The notes: generated by a model from the letters alone, not told the origin. DNA of 64,000 nt from an uncultured virus (IMG/VR IMGVR_UViG_3300034200_002321) (IMGVR_UViG_3300034200_002321); one strand, 5' to 3'. Numbered from the stretch's first letter, positions 45,518 through 54,339 are shown. Made by a program: numbers and translations.

Positions 45518-46324
45518 TTATGTGTTACGAGCGGCATTCAGGGCGTTTCGGAAACTGGCGTTGTGCTCCACCAGTGCTTTCCGAAACTCCTCCGGTGTTA
45601 CTCGTCGCGCTGCCTCGCCTTCCGCGTCTTGGATATGCCAGTGAACGTGTTCAGGCTTCAGAATGTCAATGAAACGCACGTTCCTGAATTTGTCGGGTTC
45701 GGGCGCTGCGGCGCTGCTGCTGCTGATGCCTCCGATGGTCACTGGCGCGGGTTCGGCGCCGGTCCGCCCTGGGCGCTGTGTCTGGTAAAGCCGTACACTC
45801 CGGGAGAATGCGGTCTTTCCCGATTGCTGCCAGGCAGCACACAGAACAACGGCAGGGGTGGGGTCGGCGTAAGCAAAACCGCTGGTCCGTCCGATTGTCA
45901 AGAGTTGCGTGGGGAGTCCGTCCGCGTTGGTCTGAGTTGCCGACATTGTCGGCGGGTGGTGTCGGTATGCGCGGGATTCGTCCGCGGTGTCTGCTGCGGC
46001 GATTTCCGCGAGTTTGGCGGCGCGGGCGGTTATCATGGTCTCCCATGTGATTGCGGGGATATGTTTTGCTGCGTCGGGTGGGATTTCCTTTTGCAATTGC
46101 TCTTTCGCCTGTTCAAGGTAGGTTGGGCGTTTTGTTGGTGGCGTTGCCGGTGGCGTTGCCGGTGGCGTTGCCGGTGTCGATGCTTTGGGTGCGCGTTTCT
46201 TTGCCGGTGGCGTTGCCGGTGGCGTTGCCGGTGGCGTTGCCGGTGGCGTGTTGGCAGCGGTTGGCAGCATTGCCTGAAGCGCGGCCAGTGTCTGAGCGAG
46301 TGCTGTGAGTGTTTGTGCGTCCAT
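45518..46324 (-). CDS. Hypothetical protein with ATPP repeats
   Basis: AAGGA RBS; 268-aa ORF. Confidence 0.7.
   Translation of the reverse strand: MDAQTLTALAQTLAALQAMLPTAANTPPATPPATPPATPPAKKRAPKASTPATPPATPPATPPTKRPTYLEQAKEQLQKEIPPDAAKHIPAITWETMITARAAKLAEIAAADTADESRAYRHHPPTMSATQTNADGLPTQLLTIGRTSGFAYADPTPAVVLCAAWQQSGKTAFSRSVRLYQTQRPGRTGAEPAPVTIGGISSSSAAAPEPDKFRNVRFIDILKPEHVHWHIQDAEGEAARRVTPEEFRKALVEHNASFRNALNAARNT
46135..46250. repeat. 12-bp coding tandem repeats (ttgccggtggcg) in two blocks
   Basis: Visible directly; encode (ATPP)n. Confidence 0.85.
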
Positions 46325-46409
46325 TGTTTGAGTCCTTAAAGCTGGTGATACCTTCCGCTCCGAAGTGGTGCGGCTAGGTTTGGCGTTGCCGTTTTCCAGT
46401 CGGCAGCAC

Positions 46410-46500
46410 CTGCTTTTAATTATATAATTTTCAGACTCTCTAGGTTAAGGCATTTTAAAAATTCTCTGAAATGATAAAATTGGGTGATATTATGGGCAGG
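46410..46500. promoter_or_regulatory. AT-rich divergent promoter region
   Basis: TATAAT/TAAAAT/TATTAT words in an AT-rich island between divergent genes. Confidence 0.55.
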
Positions 46501-46631
46501 GGATGCCGACTGTATGGTGGGCAGTCCCACCCTACGGGGGAGGACTTCTCCCACCTGACCGCGGCAGCCTATTATAGGGTGGAAAAGATTCTACCCCGGG
46601 GCCGCCTCGCCCTGCCATCGCCTAGGCAGAT

Positions 46632-46721
46632 AGGTGTCAGAAAGCGAAGCCGCGGCTTAATGCCTTGTATGAGGTGTTAGAAAGCGGAACTGCATGCCTT
46701 GTATGAGGTGTCGGAAAGCGG
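46632..46721 (+). repeat. Three direct repeats AGGTGTYRGAAAGCG
   Basis: 46632-46646, 46672-46686, 46706-46720; the last two share upstream ATGCCTTGTATG. Confidence 0.85.
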
Positions 46722-46734
46722 CATCCATATAAGA

Positions 46735-46781
46735 GCAGGTGTGGCCGACTGGTTCGGCGTGGCGTCGGCTGTCGTCGCCAC
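46735..46781 (+). promoter_or_regulatory. Dispersed intergenic element, copy 1
   Basis: GCAG-GTGTGGCC-GACTG plus hairpin, then TTGGAG RBS. Confidence 0.6.
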
Positions 46782-46810
46782 CCTCACGTCCTTCGACTTG
46801 GAGTCTCATT

Positions 46811-47023
46811 ATGACGCATTATTGTTTCTGCGGGGCCGCCATCGACCCTGACCGCTTCGACGCCGGCTTTGCCACCTGCATTCAGCATGGTGACAAGCAC
46901 AGGCATGCTGGATTCATGGTCTTCGACCACAAGACCGCACCACGTCTGGCCATTGTCCCTGTACGACCGGGGACTGAAGAGCCGCTGCGTCTCGCCCACC
47001 GCGCCAACCGACGATCACGGTAG
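46811..47023 (+). CDS. Small zinc-finger-like protein
   Basis: CFCG...TCIQH; GGAG RBS. Confidence 0.7.
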   Translation: MTHYCFCGAAIDPDRFDAGFATCIQHGDKHRHAGFMVFDHKTAPRLAIVPVRPGTEEPLRLAHRANRRSR

Positions 47024-47032
47024 GAGACGCTC

Positions 47033-47446
47033 ATGATCCGATGGTTTGATTGTGAAGCTGACGACGCAGGCCGCATCTGCGACAAGGCCTATCACATCGC
47101 TGAAATATGTGACATCTACATTCGCAGGAACAAAGAGCTGACCATACTGGCCTGTGACGACAGCGGCGACGTCGTCGGGGCTGTCTGGGTGTCGATTGAA
47201 GGAGACGAGTATGACTTTGATGTCTGTGTACACCCAGAGCACCGCAACCGTCGCCACGGTCTTGATTTGATTGAAGCAGCAATCAGGCATTTCGGCGACG
47301 TTCGGAGTGCATATATCGACCTCGACATGCACATCAAAGTCTGTGTGGTCAATCCGAAACTGGTTCGAGTGCTGGCCGCAAAATACGGTTTTGACATTGA
47401 GGCTGAGAAGCCATTAGTCACCATTATGACACTTCACTTGGAGTAG
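47033..47446 (+). CDS. GNAT-family acetyltransferase
   Basis: FDVCVHPEHRNRRHGLDLI acetyl-CoA motif A; VVNP..L..KYGF. Confidence 0.75.
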   Translation: MIRWFDCEADDAGRICDKAYHIAEICDIYIRRNKELTILACDDSGDVVGAVWVSIEGDEYDFDVCVHPEHRNRRHGLDLIEAAIRHFGDVRSAYIDLDMHIKVCVVNPKLVRVLAAKYGFDIEAEKPLVTIMTLHLE

Positions 47447-47449
47447 AAA

Positions 47450-47605
47450 ATGCTTTGGTACTACGCCGCACACAGTAGCGGATCAGACCCAAATGAACGC
47501 CATCTTACATTCGCAAGCTATGGTCACCGCGACGAGACCAAAGCGTCTGCTGAACAAACAAAGGCGCACAAAGCGACTACGAGGTACAACAAGAAGCGCA
47601 AGTAA
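47450..47605 (+). CDS. Small 51-aa basic protein
   Basis: GGAG RBS; stop immediately precedes element copy 2; not in the ORF track. Confidence 0.5.
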   Translation: MLWYYAAHSSGSDPNERHLTFASYGHRDETKASAEQTKAHKATTRYNKKRK

Positions 47606-47609
47606 CACT

Positions 47610-47661
47610 GCAGGTGTTGCCGACTGTGTGGTGCTGGCTGCTGTGGTCAGCACCGTCTTTT
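47610..47661 (+). promoter_or_regulatory. Dispersed intergenic element, copy 2
   Basis: GCAGGTGTTGCCGACTGTGTGGTGCTGGCTGCTGTGGTCAGCACCGTCTTTT. Confidence 0.8.
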
Positions 47662-47681
47662 ACTTTCAAAGGACCATTGAT

Positions 47682-48209
47682 ATGAACGAGAAGACAGAAG
47701 AATTCATTGCCGAGCTTGACGCGAGGCCGTTTTGCTGCAGCCCGGAAGTGGCTCGCAAGCTCCTGACCATGCTGTTGGCTCACGAGGCTGATCCAGACAA
47801 TCCAGCTAAAGTGCCACTGCGGTGGCATGATGCCGAGATCACAGCCTACCCCCACCCCGACACGGTGTGTTGTGGTAAGAGTGGTATGTACCGAATGGTT
47901 CTCGGCGGTCGCCCACTTCGGTGGGACGTCGTGGTGGTTGAGGAGCTGCAGCCTCTGACAGTGCTCAAAAACATCCGAGTTCGCCGGAAAAGCAGCGTGA
48001 CCAAATTCGGCGTCAGTGACTGCAGCGAACAGGCGGTCAAGACTGCAATCAAGATCGCTGCTGAGAAGCACAACGTCAACCCGAACGACATTCAGTGGAC
48101 GATCGATAACATCGACGAGGGAGTTGGCGACGTGCACCTTATGCACGTCAAACAGACACCTTGGAGCGAGTGGCGACAGCAGCAGGAATCCCCCGTTGCT
48201 GTCTCATAG
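47682..48209 (+). CDS. Hypothetical protein
   Basis: AAGGA RBS before ATG 47682. Confidence 0.7.
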   Translation: MNEKTEEFIAELDARPFCCSPEVARKLLTMLLAHEADPDNPAKVPLRWHDAEITAYPHPDTVCCGKSGMYRMVLGGRPLRWDVVVVEELQPLTVLKNIRVRRKSSVTKFGVSDCSEQAVKTAIKIAAEKHNVNPNDIQWTIDNIDEGVGDVHLMHVKQTPWSEWRQQQESPVAVS

Positions 48210-48259
48210 GCAGGTGCTGCCGACTGTGTGGTGCTGGCTGCTGTGGCCAGCACCGTTTT
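48210..48259 (+). promoter_or_regulatory. Dispersed intergenic element, copy 3
   Basis: Near-identical to copy 2; starts right after TAG. Confidence 0.8.
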
Positions 48260-48283
48260 GTGTTTTTCTTGGAGACAATCACA

Positions 48284-49240
48284 ATGGCGTCAATTGGTAA
48301 AATCATCTGGGCTCATTTCGACGAGCAGAATGCTAAGGCAAAAGCTGCTGATGCACGGCAGCAGGGAGATGAAGCGGCAGCAGCTGCCGCTGATGCTGAA
48401 GCGGATGAGGCCGCGAAGGCCAAGGCTCTGGCTGACGCTCAGATGACCTTGAAGATGTCGGTGATGCACACAATCACCTGCACCTGCGGTGACATCCTGG
48501 ACCAGAGGACAGCCCGAGTGTTTCAGATTCACGGTCACGTTCGCCGTGTCCTCTGCCCTCGGTGTGCAGAGCAAGTTGTGACAAGGCTGCGGGAGAAGGA
48601 TGCCTCTCGGTTGTCACAAGAGGATCAGGATACTATTGCAAACATGCAGGTGCTTTGGTGGAAACGTGGTGCCCAGCCCCTGAGGGAGGCTGAATTTGAC
48701 AAACCCAAAAAACCCAAGGCACCGCGTGGCACTGGTAAGAAGGCGTTCGCCAGTGTTCTCCGAGTGCTGGAGACACATAGCAAAAAGGGCCAGTCAGGGG
48801 CTGCTCAGGCTCATCTGGATCATGGCTTGGTGATTTCATACGCGTTTTGGATTCAGTTGCCACCAGAAAGCCCGCTGCGAGCTCCTACTGCGATTGCCGG
48901 CGAACGGAACCGCGATTACGAGTGTATGGTACGCAGCGTACAGGAATGGAAACGATCACCCCAAGTGGCACCCCTGACTATCGATGTCAACCCACAGAAG
49001 ATGGACGGTTGCTGGGGTCACGTGGTGAGACACGAAGGCAAGCCGGTGACTCGCACATTTGTCGATGCGAAATATCTTGAAACCATTTGCGAGTTCACCG
49101 ATCTCGGTGGTCTGATCAGCTGCTGGGCGACGGAAGAGATCAAAGCAGATCAGCCGTTGCGGTGCCAGATTCTTATCCTCGATCCCGGCAACAACGTGGT
49201 CGCTGGGGTCATGCCATTCTACGAACGGGAGGTGGTTTGA
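48284..49240 (+). CDS. Hypothetical protein with zinc ribbon
   Basis: CTCG...CPRC; GGAG RBS. Confidence 0.7.
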   Translation: MASIGKIIWAHFDEQNAKAKAADARQQGDEAAAAAADAEADEAAKAKALADAQMTLKMSVMHTITCTCGDILDQRTARVFQIHGHVRRVLCPRCAEQVVTRLREKDASRLSQEDQDTIANMQVLWWKRGAQPLREAEFDKPKKPKAPRGTGKKAFASVLRVLETHSKKGQSGAAQAHLDHGLVISYAFWIQLPPESPLRAPTAIAGERNRDYECMVRSVQEWKRSPQVAPLTIDVNPQKMDGCWGHVVRHEGKPVTRTFVDAKYLETICEFTDLGGLISCWATEEIKADQPLRCQILILDPGNNVVAGVMPFYEREVV

Positions 49241-49384
49241 GTGCGATTCTTCAATGAGGCACAGGCGTGGCGGTATCTGAAACACAAATACCCAGCAGCC
49301 GTGCAGCGGCAGTATCGAGTTGTCCCCTGCAATCAGCCAGCTGATTGCGGGGGGCTTTCTTTTCACATTGTCCAAAGGAAATAG
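49241..49384 (+). CDS. Small 47-aa hypothetical protein
   Basis: GGAGG RBS; fills the gap. Confidence 0.4.
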   Translation: MRFFNEAQAWRYLKHKYPAAVQRQYRVVPCNQPADCGGLSFHIVQRK

Positions 49385-49388
49385 AGTT

Positions 49389-49829
49389 GTGAAGTACAAA
49401 GAAGTTGTGGAGACCTTGTTCAAACTGTTGGCTGTGGCAAACGCAGCAGATGCAGACGATGCCGCCGATTGGCAGGCACCGAAAGATGCGAATCAGAGAG
49501 ACGGGCTGTTTGGTGACATACATAAAGCCATCCTCCGAATTGCCGGGAACGACGTGCTCGATCACTGGGCCGCAAGCGGCGAGGTAGAGATGCGACTTTG
49601 CCGCCGGACGCTCCAGCAGCACGACGATCGGTATGCGAAGGCGTGGTATGTTCGCATGCCGAGAGAGTTCCATGCACTCGGACCATACAGGTTCAAGAGC
49701 CATGTCACGGCAGAACACGCAGTCGAACTGGTCATTGCCCAGTTCGGACTCCCGCCCGCTGAGGTCTGGCCGGATGGTGAGACGACGGAGGGAAACATGT
49801 ACGAGTACGACTACACGTATACGGAGTAG
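49389..49829 (+). CDS. Hypothetical protein
   Basis: AAGGA RBS; its 3' end is duplicated at 50621-50734. Confidence 0.65.
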   Translation: MKYKEVVETLFKLLAVANAADADDAADWQAPKDANQRDGLFGDIHKAILRIAGNDVLDHWAASGEVEMRLCRRTLQQHDDRYAKAWYVRMPREFHALGPYRFKSHVTAEHAVELVIAQFGLPPAEVWPDGETTEGNMYEYDYTYTE

Positions 49830-50188
49830 CAGAGGTCGCCGACTGGTACACTGTCGACCGGTGTGGTCGGCAGCTAACTTTTTTCTTGGAGAAAAACATG
49901 TTGCATGAACAGGCTGAACAGATCCTCGCAGAGGTGACCACACTCCCCCTGCGGAACCCAGATGATTTCATCGATGCAGTTCTCAATCGCATCCCTCTCG
50001 ACGATGATCCTGATGGCTGGTGTATTGAAGACCTAAGCTTGGACGAGTGGAGTGGCGAACATGACGGGGTCCGGTACTTGTACCGGAACAACGGGGATTA
50101 CAATCGCGATACATCTCCTGTGTTCTGGGTACACCAGCCACTTACGCATGACGAGCCCATCAAGTTCGGCTACAGCCCGTGGCCGCCG
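49716..50188 (+). repeat. ~470-bp segmental duplication, copy A
   Basis: Highly similar to 50621..51078. Confidence 0.9.
49829..49884 (+). promoter_or_regulatory. Dispersed intergenic element, copy 4
   Basis: GCAG-AGGTCGCC-GACTG plus hairpin and T6. Confidence 0.65.
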
Positions 50189-50239
50189 GGATTGCAGAAC
50201 ACATTTTTGGACGCTGAACGAAAGGGACAACGACCATGA
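49898..50239 (+). CDS. Acidic hypothetical protein (short paralog)
   Basis: First ~97 aa nearly identical to the N-terminus of 50789..51913. Confidence 0.7.
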   Translation: MLHEQAEQILAEVTTLPLRNPDDFIDAVLNRIPLDDDPDGWCIEDLSLDEWSGEHDGVRYLYRNNGDYNRDTSPVFWVHQPLTHDEPIKFGYSPWPPGLQNTFLDAERKGQRP

Positions 50240-50508
50240 TGATTCAAGAACTGATCGAACGCCTGGAAAAACTCCGCGAGCTCCACGGACCGGACTGCGA
50301 AGTCCGCTTGATGACTCAACCGACGTGGCCGTTCCAGACGACCATTGGCGGGATTGTGAGCTCGGAAGAGATTCACCGGGCGGATGCGGAACGTTGTAGA
50401 CCATTCTATGCGATAGACGACGATGGCGACGCTCCGCCGGAGGTGGTCTTCCTCCTCGAAGGCACCCAACTCAGGTACGGATCCAAGTCCGCCTGGAATC
50501 TGGTCTGA
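50236..50508 (+). CDS. Hypothetical phage protein
   Basis: ATGA overlap; ELIERL...EVRLMTQPTWPF...YGSKSAW. Confidence 0.7.
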   Translation: MMIQELIERLEKLRELHGPDCEVRLMTQPTWPFQTTIGGIVSSEEIHRADAERCRPFYAIDDDGDAPPEVVFLLEGTQLRYGSKSAWNLV

Positions 50509-50523
50509 ACCGGGAGCCACGAC

Positions 50524-50734
50524 ATGCCACGCCTGAGTTGCCTGAAACCCGGCACTCGATTCCGGGTGCCCGAACTGGACCTGACAGCGACGCTGCTGAT
50601 GGTGAACGAATGCCGGGCAGCACGCAGTCGAACAGGCCATTGCCCAGTTCGGAGTGGCACCCTCTGAAGTCTGGCCGGATGGTGAGACGACGGAGGGAAA
50701 CGAGTATGAGTACGACTACACATACACTGAGTAG
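50524..50734 (+). pseudogene. Truncated ORF (MPRLSCLKPGTRFRV...VNECRA) joined out of frame to a start-less 3' remnant of the 49389..49829 gene
   Basis: GGGAG RBS and ATG 50524; the remnant frame (HAVEQ...YTYTE*) has an in-frame TGA at 50603 and no start before the homology begins. Confidence 0.6.
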
Positions 50735-51078
50735 CAGAGGTCGCCGACCGGTGTGGTCGGCAGCTAACTTTTTTGTGGAGAAAAAAAGATGTTGAATGAA
50801 CAGGCTGAACAGATCCTCGCAGAGGTGGCCACACTCCCCCTGCGGAACCCAGATGACTTCATCGATAGGGTGCTCGATCGCATTCCTCTCGACGACGATC
50901 CCGATGGCTGGAGTATTGAAGAGCTGGACTTGGACGAGTGGGCTGGCGAACGAGACGGGGTCCGGTACTTGTACCGGAACAACGGGGACTACGATCGCGA
51001 CACATCACCTGTGTTCTGGGTACACGAGCCGCTCACGCATGACGAGCCCATCAAGTTCGGCTACAGCCCGTGGCCGCC
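50621..51078 (+). repeat. ~460-bp segmental duplication, copy B
   Basis: Highly similar to 49716..50188. Confidence 0.9.
50734..50774 (+). promoter_or_regulatory. Dispersed intergenic element, copy 5 (15 nt shorter than copy 4)
   Basis: GCAGAGGTCGCCGACCGGTGTGGTCGGCAGCTAACTTTTTT. Confidence 0.65.
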
Positions 51079-51913
51079 AGCACAAGCCGCTCTCCGGGCG
51101 GCGTACTGTGAGAAACACAAACGAAAGGAATGCCCGCACTGCCAGGCTCTCATCCACCAAGACTGCGTCAGCTGTCCAAGCTGTGATCGGTACCTCGACA
51201 CTGGCGGCCCTGTGGTTCCGGTTGAAAACGTGCTGCCGGAGGAGAGTTGGTACTGTCTGGAGGACGGCGGCAGCGATCGGTATCGCTGGGTGTACGGTCA
51301 GCTCCTTCCAACAGACGACCCCGGGGTGCTGGTAATCGAGTTGGATGTACTGCCGTCTGACGGCCGGCGAGACCACGATGCACCGGAACAGTGGTGTGTT
51401 ACAATTCGGTTTGCCATGCCCGACGGGGTGCGCAAGCAGGACCGGCAAGCCATGTTTGCGTCTCTGGGCATTGAGTCGTGGACGCCAACAAGCAATCGAT
51501 TTGCAGTTGAAGAGGTCTGGGAGGGTGCTGTTGACATACCGAAAAAGCACCAGCGTCGGCTGGGCTGGAAGGGAGTGCAACTTGTCCCTGGCGGGAGCGT
51601 TGACCTCTGTATGTTCAGCGAGTATGCAGATGCACGTCGTTGGTGCAACGAGCGTAACAAGTGGTTTGCTCAGGCTGTCAAAGCCATGGCTTGCTTGGAC
51701 TACGGACTGTCGGCTGCGTTTTGGCAGTCCACTGGGTACTGCCCGTCGAGGCTCGTGGCCGCCGCCCGTGAAGAGGCTGCTGGCATCCACATAATCATGA
51801 CAGGGTGCAGCCTTGACAAACCACAGAATGGGGTTGGTGCAACCGGCTGGGAGACTTGCCGCGGCTACGATGTCACCAAGGCGGTAAAGAGGGCCTTGAA
51901 AGAACAGAAGTAG
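50789..51913 (+). CDS. Multidomain hypothetical protein (long paralog) with double zinc ribbon
   Basis: CPHC...CPSC after the shared N-terminal domain. Confidence 0.75.
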   Translation: MLNEQAEQILAEVATLPLRNPDDFIDRVLDRIPLDDDPDGWSIEELDLDEWAGERDGVRYLYRNNGDYDRDTSPVFWVHEPLTHDEPIKFGYSPWPPAQAALRAAYCEKHKRKECPHCQALIHQDCVSCPSCDRYLDTGGPVVPVENVLPEESWYCLEDGGSDRYRWVYGQLLPTDDPGVLVIELDVLPSDGRRDHDAPEQWCVTIRFAMPDGVRKQDRQAMFASLGIESWTPTSNRFAVEEVWEGAVDIPKKHQRRLGWKGVQLVPGGSVDLCMFSEYADARRWCNERNKWFAQAVKAMACLDYGLSAAFWQSTGYCPSRLVAAAREEAAGIHIIMTGCSLDKPQNGVGATGWETCRGYDVTKAVKRALKEQK

Positions 51914-51932
51914 ACTGGCTCTTGCCTGACCA

Positions 51933-51982
51933 GCAGGGGCGGCTGACTGTGTGGTGCTGGCTGTCGTGGCCAGCACCTTTTT
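51933..51982 (+). promoter_or_regulatory. Dispersed intergenic element, copy 6
   Basis: GCAG-GGGCGGCT-GACTGTGTGGTGCTGGC...GCCAGCACCTTTTT. Confidence 0.8.
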
Positions 51983-52001
51983 CCTTCTTGGAGGAGTGAA
52001 T

Positions 52002-52184
52002 ATGACATACTATTACGGTAGCGAATACCCACGAGAGCCGCTCATCATCCGATTCTGGAGCACGCAAGGACATTTTGCGGCATGGGACATCGTCGCCAGC
52101 GCCTGCGTCGGCATTTGTACTCCTCGGCTGTTGGTGATGACAAGCCCCGCGTTTGTGGTTCCCGCCGTGGAGGTGCAGCAGTGA
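52002..52184 (+). CDS. Small hypothetical protein
   Basis: GGAGG RBS. Confidence 0.5.
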   Translation: MTYYYGSEYPREPLIIRFWSTQGHFAAWDIVASACVGICTPRLLVMTSPAFVVPAVEVQQ

Positions 52185-52549
52185 GTATCCACGGGTGTAT
52201 GGTGGGCGTGACTGTGATTCATTCCCACAGCAAATGCGAGGCGTGTTCAGATACTGGGCTCGACCCAGAAACCAATTGGGACGCCTGCCCGCGGTGTCAT
52301 GGCGCAGTAAATGGCACGCCGGTAGTCTACTTGGTTCTCGGCGGACAGGAAATTACCGGCCAAAAAAGGCTGCGGCTACTTAACCCGCCATCGTTTGACA
52401 GCAACTACTATTCAGGCCTGTTCGGCGTGACTATCTGGAGCACAGGCGACCGCGTGATGATCGGTGAAAAACACTGGGCTAATCGCGTCGGCTATACGGC
52501 AATTCAGTTGGCTCAACAACCAGTTCCGCCTGTGGAGGTGCAGCAGTGA
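52181..52549 (+). CDS. Hypothetical protein with DnaJ-like Zn motif
   Basis: CEACSDTG...CPRCHG; GTGA overlap. Confidence 0.6.
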   Translation: MSIHGCMVGVTVIHSHSKCEACSDTGLDPETNWDACPRCHGAVNGTPVVYLVLGGQEITGQKRLRLLNPPSFDSNYYSGLFGVTIWSTGDRVMIGEKHWANRVGYTAIQLAQQPVPPVEVQQ

Positions 52550-52686
52550 CAAAACCATACACCGCCAAATTCCTCGCAGCCGAAAAGCGCCGGACCACGA
52601 TCCACGACCACCAGCGCCGTATCTGCGTGCTGAAAGAAGCAGCCCGTCAGATCAAAGAAAGGGAGACACGTCGTGAAAAAAGTTAA
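52546..52686 (+). CDS. Small 46-aa basic protein
   Basis: GGAGG RBS and GTGA overlap; not in the ORF track. Confidence 0.5.
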   Translation: MTKPYTAKFLAAEKRRTTIHDHQRRICVLKEAARQIKERETRREKS

Positions 52687-52861
52687 ACTCAAGTACCCCA
52701 TATTCCTCAAAGGAAAAGGCCTGCCAAAAGATGGGGTGTGTGTGCTCAACGAAGGGCAGGAAGTCGAAGTCCAACAGCTGGGCAACAACCTTGTCGAGAT
52801 GACAGCCACGTATCGCGGCAAACAGATCACGTGGCGCACACTTGACAGTGTGTATTGGTAG
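52673..52861 (+). CDS. Small SH3-like hypothetical protein
   Basis: GGGAG RBS. Confidence 0.6.
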   Translation: MKKVKLKYPIFLKGKGLPKDGVCVLNEGQEVEVQQLGNNLVEMTATYRGKQITWRTLDSVYW

Positions 52862-52927
52862 CAGGTGCTGGCGACTGTGAGTGTGACCGCTGGCCAGCTG
52901 CGGCTGGTCAGTGTCGTGTTCACTTTT
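52861..52927 (+). promoter_or_regulatory. Dispersed intergenic element, copy 7
   Basis: GCAG-GTGCTGGC-GACTGTG plus a different hairpin and T-tract. Confidence 0.7.
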
Positions 52928-52949
52928 GTTTTCTCTTGGAGAGACTCTT

Positions 52950-53462
52950 ATGAGATGGAATACAGATTACCAACGAGTGCTTCCGCGGGACCTGTTCAAC
53001 GAGGCTGCCCTGCTCAAGTGCTTGGGCAAGGTGGCCTTGTGGATCCACGAGGGGATGCTGCCCCTGCTTACGGTTGAACACACCCCAGTGGGTGTCGGCG
53101 ACCAGCACACACAGGGCTTTGATGTTCGGCTGACTGAGTGTGGCTACCTGTTCGCTGGTAGTCTCAGGTTCTACCTGTGCGGCCGTCTGGCGGATTCTCT
53201 TGGGCTGTCAGTGTCGCACCTGTCACAGCTTAGGAGTGGGATACATCCGTGGACGAAAGAAGTCCTGTTTGTCAGCCCATACAACAGTCGTGAGCCGTGG
53301 CCGCTGCTCTGGTGCTGGAGCTATGATGGAGACATGCTGCCAGTGTTCGCATATGACGGCGAGCCAGACCCGGATTTTCTGGCGGCGATGAGGACGCCGC
53401 CGGCCACAACAGAAGTCAATGACGCTTTGCTGACGTTCTTGGAGGGCGATAGTGATGGTTGA
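52950..53462 (+). CDS. Hypothetical protein with an internal HTH-like segment
   Basis: YQRVLPRDLFNEAALLKCLG; LADSLGLSVSHLSQLRSG. Confidence 0.7.
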   Translation: MRWNTDYQRVLPRDLFNEAALLKCLGKVALWIHEGMLPLLTVEHTPVGVGDQHTQGFDVRLTECGYLFAGSLRFYLCGRLADSLGLSVSHLSQLRSGIHPWTKEVLFVSPYNSREPWPLLWCWSYDGDMLPVFAYDGEPDPDFLAAMRTPPATTEVNDALLTFLEGDSDG

Positions 53463-53781
53463 GATTATGATTAACACTGACATCGACGCACCAGGCTGCC
53501 CGTGTGAGATCCTCGGAATCTGCGATGGTGAGGAGATCGGATCTATTCTGGTACAGACTGACTGGGACTATCCGGGATTCGCTCAGTCGTTTGGCTGGAC
53601 GCTGCAGAAGGTGCAAAAGTCCCGCCGTCGTAAGTGCAGTCACGACGGGACTGATGGGACGGTTCGCTGCCCTTCGTGTGGCGTAGAGCCGGGGCAGTTC
53701 ATTGCAGCTGCCTACGAATTCTTGGTCAGCAACGACGGGTTGCGGGCCGTTGACCCAGGATATTTTGATAGTGGAGGATGA
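53455..53781 (+). CDS. Hypothetical zinc-ribbon protein
   Basis: CSH...CPSCG; GGAGG RBS. Confidence 0.65.
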   Translation: MVEIMINTDIDAPGCPCEILGICDGEEIGSILVQTDWDYPGFAQSFGWTLQKVQKSRRRKCSHDGTDGTVRCPSCGVEPGQFIAAAYEFLVSNDGLRAVDPGYFDSGG

Positions 53782-53782
53782 C

Positions 53783-54328
53783 GTGGATTTAGACACACCA
53801 AACGACGTCAAAGCGTTGGCGTTGTCGGCTGATCGTGCTTGGCTTCTTGCCAGACTGCGAGACAGCCAAAGGATGACTGACACGCCATACAACGAGCTCC
53901 TGCGGGGTAGTTCGTTCGACTTTCAAAGCAAACGACTTTGCGGGCGGCATGGTTTCACCTTGCAATGGAAGCTGAGGAGGCGACCTGACCAGCCAATCGA
54001 GTATGACAACCAACAGGCCTCTGTTGGCATTGTTACGCTGGATAAGAAGGAAGGCTACTCTTCAGTTTATCGAAGGATTTGGGGGTCGCTGCTTCCCGAC
54101 GGTTGCTTAGGGCCTGTGGTGGTCCACCCGGTCCGTTTTATCGGTCGATCGCGGGGTGCATGCGGTCTTTGCTTGATCAGAACACACACAGTGCATGATC
54201 CTTTGGGGGAGCCGGATGCCGCTCGGCAAGAGCTGGCTGGCCTGTGGGAAATACACCAAGACTTTGGTGTCGATGTAGACACACAACTCAGACATGTGCA
54301 TGGCCCGTTTATCCGCCGTTCTTATTAA
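53783..54328 (+). CDS. Hypothetical protein
   Basis: GGAGG RBS. Confidence 0.6.
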   Translation: MDLDTPNDVKALALSADRAWLLARLRDSQRMTDTPYNELLRGSSFDFQSKRLCGRHGFTLQWKLRRRPDQPIEYDNQQASVGIVTLDKKEGYSSVYRRIWGSLLPDGCLGPVVVHPVRFIGRSRGACGLCLIRTHTVHDPLGEPDAARQELAGLWEIHQDFGVDVDTQLRHVHGPFIRRSY

Positions 54329-54339
54329 AGGAAATTCTT

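Noticed and set aside
45437..46339. 300-aa plus-strand ORF with WRCR repeats
   Set aside because: Antisense reading of the ATPP-repeat gene, which has the RBS and plausible composition.
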